Shown one piece after another: positions 60,490 to 64,000 of a stretch of DNA of 64,000 nt. Under the pieces are notes generated by a model. The model did no database searches. It was not told where the DNA came from and was given only the letters and a program-made list of their open reading frames with translations. Source of the DNA: Candidatus Doudnabacteria bacterium (lineage in GTDB: Bacteria > Patescibacteriota > JAQUNI01); contig JBAZQX010000008.1 in the NCBI GenBank assembly GCA_041644975.1, positions 334-64,333 of the forward strand, read 5' to 3'. A program made the translations under genes and the position numbers. Positions within the stretch are counted from its first letter, which is position 1. Every line of letters starts with the position of its first letter.

Positions 60490-60765
60490 TTGTCATCCTA
60501 AATTCTGTAATTGTCATCCTGAACTTGTTTCAGGATCTCCTCTTAAAGATGAAGATGCTGAAATGAATTCAGCAAGACATCGTTTTGTCATCCTGAATCC
60601 TGGCCTGTCGCCAGGACAGGCTTATTTCAGGATCTTCTTATTTAAAATGAAGATGCTGAAACAAGCCATGGCACTGAGCGAAGCGAATGTGTTCAGCAAG
60701 ACAGAAATGCGTTGAAGATGCTGAAATAAGCATGTCCTGATGAATATCAGGATTCAGCAAGACAT
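60490..60765. repeat. Repeat family B array upstream of the DGR RT
   Basis: Same hairpin units as 58036-58320. Confidence 0.85.
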
Positions 60766-60832
60766 ATGAAAGGCTGAAGCCTGAATTTCCCGAATATATT
60801 ACAATAACACCACCATACCATAAAAAAACTCT

Positions 60833-62200
<1,368 letters not shown>

Positions 62201-62573
62201 CATTGTTGTTATTGAAGTTGGAACAGGCGTTATTGCCAGCTATCCGCGCATTGTTGTTGTTGTTCTGCTCGGAGAGCCACTCCCAAAGCTTTTGCCCCTT
62301 TGCTTTTCTAAAACCGCAAGCTATCTTTTATGCAAAGTAAGCTGTTTTTCAAATATCCTCCTTTGCTCAATGTCTGTCTTGCTGAATTTATTTCAGCATC
62401 TCCAAGGATTAGATCCTGAAACAAGTTCAGGAAGACATACCAATTCAGGATGGCAAACATGTGAGTCATCTAAACCTAAAAATGGCAAAGGAGGGAAAAG
62501 GGCTAAATTCCCCTTACTGCTCTCTTCTCAAACCCATAGGCTTGAAAACTCTGGCAGGAACAGAAAAACAAAA

Positions 62574-62918
62574 TTATTGCTTTGCCCATTTCTGCCAACC
62601 GCCAATCTGGCGGCCAATATCTTCAATTTGTTTGTTAATAATTTCCAGCTTTCCCGAGCTGATAATTTTTAAATCAAAAGCCAAACGAGTATGAATTCTT
62701 AAGGTTTCCAATCGGTTGTCCAATTTTTGCAAAAGTTCAAACTTTTTATCCGCGCTGTTTGCCAATACAATCAAGTCCAATAACTCCGCGCTAATTACTT
62801 TTAATTTTTCGCCCAAGGTATATTTATACTCTTTTTGAAAATTGGTTGTGGTTTTGTAAATTTCCAAAGTCAAAAGGTAAGCTGATTGAAAAATTGCAAT
62901 ATGATGATATTGAGCCAT
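62574..62918 (-). CDS. avd: DGR accessory variability determinant (Avd-like four-helix bundle)
   Basis: IFQSAY.L..FQKEYKYTLGEKL..LETLRIHTRLAFDLKII..IGRQIGGWQK; lies between target and TR; start MAQYHH preferred. Confidence 0.88.
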   Translation of the reverse strand: MAQYHHIAIFQSAYLLTLEIYKTTTNFQKEYKYTLGEKLKVISAELLDLIVLANSADKKFELLQKLDNRLETLRIHTRLAFDLKIISSGKLEIINKQIEDIGRQIGGWQKWAKQ

Positions 62919-63100
62919 TTTATTTAAACCTAGGACTTCCGCGTTTGACTCCAGATTTGTCATTCCAGCCTTTCAAATGTCTTGCTGAATTCATTTCAGC
63001 ATCTTCATTTTTTTGAGGAGATCCTGAACTAAATTCAGGATGACAGAATAAGAATGAACAAATGATTCAAATCATAAAATAATCAAATCAAACATAAGAG

Positions 63101-63233
63101 GGAATTATGGGCGGAAAACGGCACGAAATCGATAGCTACCGTAGACATAGTCGATATCGAAGTTGGAACAGGCGTAATGGCCAGCTACCCGCGCATGGCT
63201 GTAGATGAGCTGCTCGGAGAGCCACTCCCAAAG
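63101..63233 (-). repeat. DGR variable repeat (VR) with 3' IMH region
   Basis: Encodes LWEWLSEQLIYSHARVAGHYACSNFDIDYVYGSYRFRAVFRP*. Confidence 0.96.
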
Positions 63234-64000
63234 GGGGCTATTAGACAAATCCATATATTCATCGTTCGGGGCGGCGTTAGCGCCACGACCGGCATTGCCG
63301 CCGTAATTGCCAATAGTTTTACTAGACGAAGCTCCTGAAGAATGATAAGCGCTATCGCCGGCAGTACCATCAGCATCGCCGCTAGTAGCGCCGCAAAATC
63401 CAAAAAAATCATTACTGGTTGGCAATCTTGTTCCTTTCCAATTTTTTAGAATCTCTGGCGTGATTGGACCGCCAACACCTGTTATGGCCTCGCTTGGCGT
63501 GGTGTATCCTCCTTGACCAGGTAAATCCTTTTGGCCGTCATAACAATCTGCTTGACACAAAGCGCAATCTCCGTTGTCAAAAGTAGTATCGGCGGCGCAG
63601 GCGGCATCAATGCCACTATAGTTGCCAACAGTCCCACTGGGAAAACTGCCGGAGCAGGTATATGCGGCAATATAAGAATTATCTCGTTTGGTTGCACAAA
63701 AATCTCCATTCCATGAGCCAGCAGTGCCGGCTGTTGTTTTAACACACACTCCATCTTCAGGATCTATAGCATCACCGTCGCCATTGCCGTCTTCAAACCA
63801 ATACCAACCGTTGGCGTTTTGGGCATCGCAGGTTTCTTTCGTGATTGTGGGTGTGCCCGTCCACTCTGTGCCTGGATAACCTGAATAGGCGCCGGTTTGC
63901 GAAACCCCAAAGCTCGTGCCCTGCTTGACCGTGCTGGTGGATAAACTGGCGGCGTTGTAAGTGCCAGTATAAGCGGCTGTGGTTAAAACCTTGGCCGCGC
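63105..64000 (-). CDS. DGR target protein (Cys-rich, C-type-lectin-fold-like C-terminus); 5' end lies beyond the window
   Basis: Frame stays open from 63749 to the window end; RLPTSNDF, WEW and FRAVFRP are typical of CLec-fold DGR targets. Confidence 0.9.
   Translation of the reverse strand, partial: AAKVLTTAAYTGTYNAASLSTSTVKQGTSFGVSQTGAYSGYPGTEWTGTPTITKETCDAQNANGWYWFEDGNGDGDAIDPEDGVCVKTTAGTAGSWNGDFCATKRDNSYIAAYTCSGSFPSGTVGNYSGIDAACAADTTFDNGDCALCQADCYDGQKDLPGQGGYTTPSEAITGVGGPITPEILKNWKGTRLPTSNDFFGFCGATSGDADGTAGDSAYHSSGASSSKTIGNYGGNAGRGANAAPNDEYMDLSNSPLWEWLSEQLIYSHARVAGHYACSNFDIDYVYGSYRFRAVFRP

Noticed and set aside
58036-60765. Repeat arrays as a CRISPR locus
   Set aside because: Units are palindromic, variable in length and irregularly spaced, with no unique equal-length spacers and no cas genes

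Overview
The window looks like a Patescibacteria/CPR-type bacterial chromosome segment using the standard genetic code. That assignment is inferred from gene content and from abundant palindromic and heptamer repeats. Housekeeping genes include polA, tsaE, uppP, a PilB/GspE ATPase, tsaD, tRNA-Glu, prsW, hsp20, VanW, ruvB, PGI/PMI, yebC and ruvC, plus an ATP-grasp operon and a GH130/GT4/ROK cluster. Two accessory systems stand out. (1) A 19.4-kb large-serine-recombinase element (about 23692-43073) is integrated at a GAAT core inside an LPxTG-anchored lamin-tail-domain surface-protein gene. Excision would restore that gene in frame and also fuse the recombinase in frame to a 153-aa ORF at the other end of the element. 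The element carries an M.RsrI-like methylase next to a nuclease-helicase, a large putative nuclease module between att-like direct repeats, an IS200/IS605 element, the permuted relic of a second recombinase, and a satellite-like replication/terminase-small-subunit core. (2) A diversity-generating retroelement at the right end (RT, TR, avd, target with VR; all TR/VR mismatches fall at TR adenines). Its RT is antisense to and overlaps the TR, and its first codons contain a (GA)14 tract that could switch the DGR on and off. The first gene of the window has a VR-like 3' end that may be the target of a second DGR. All family assignments come from motifs recognised by eye; no database search was run.
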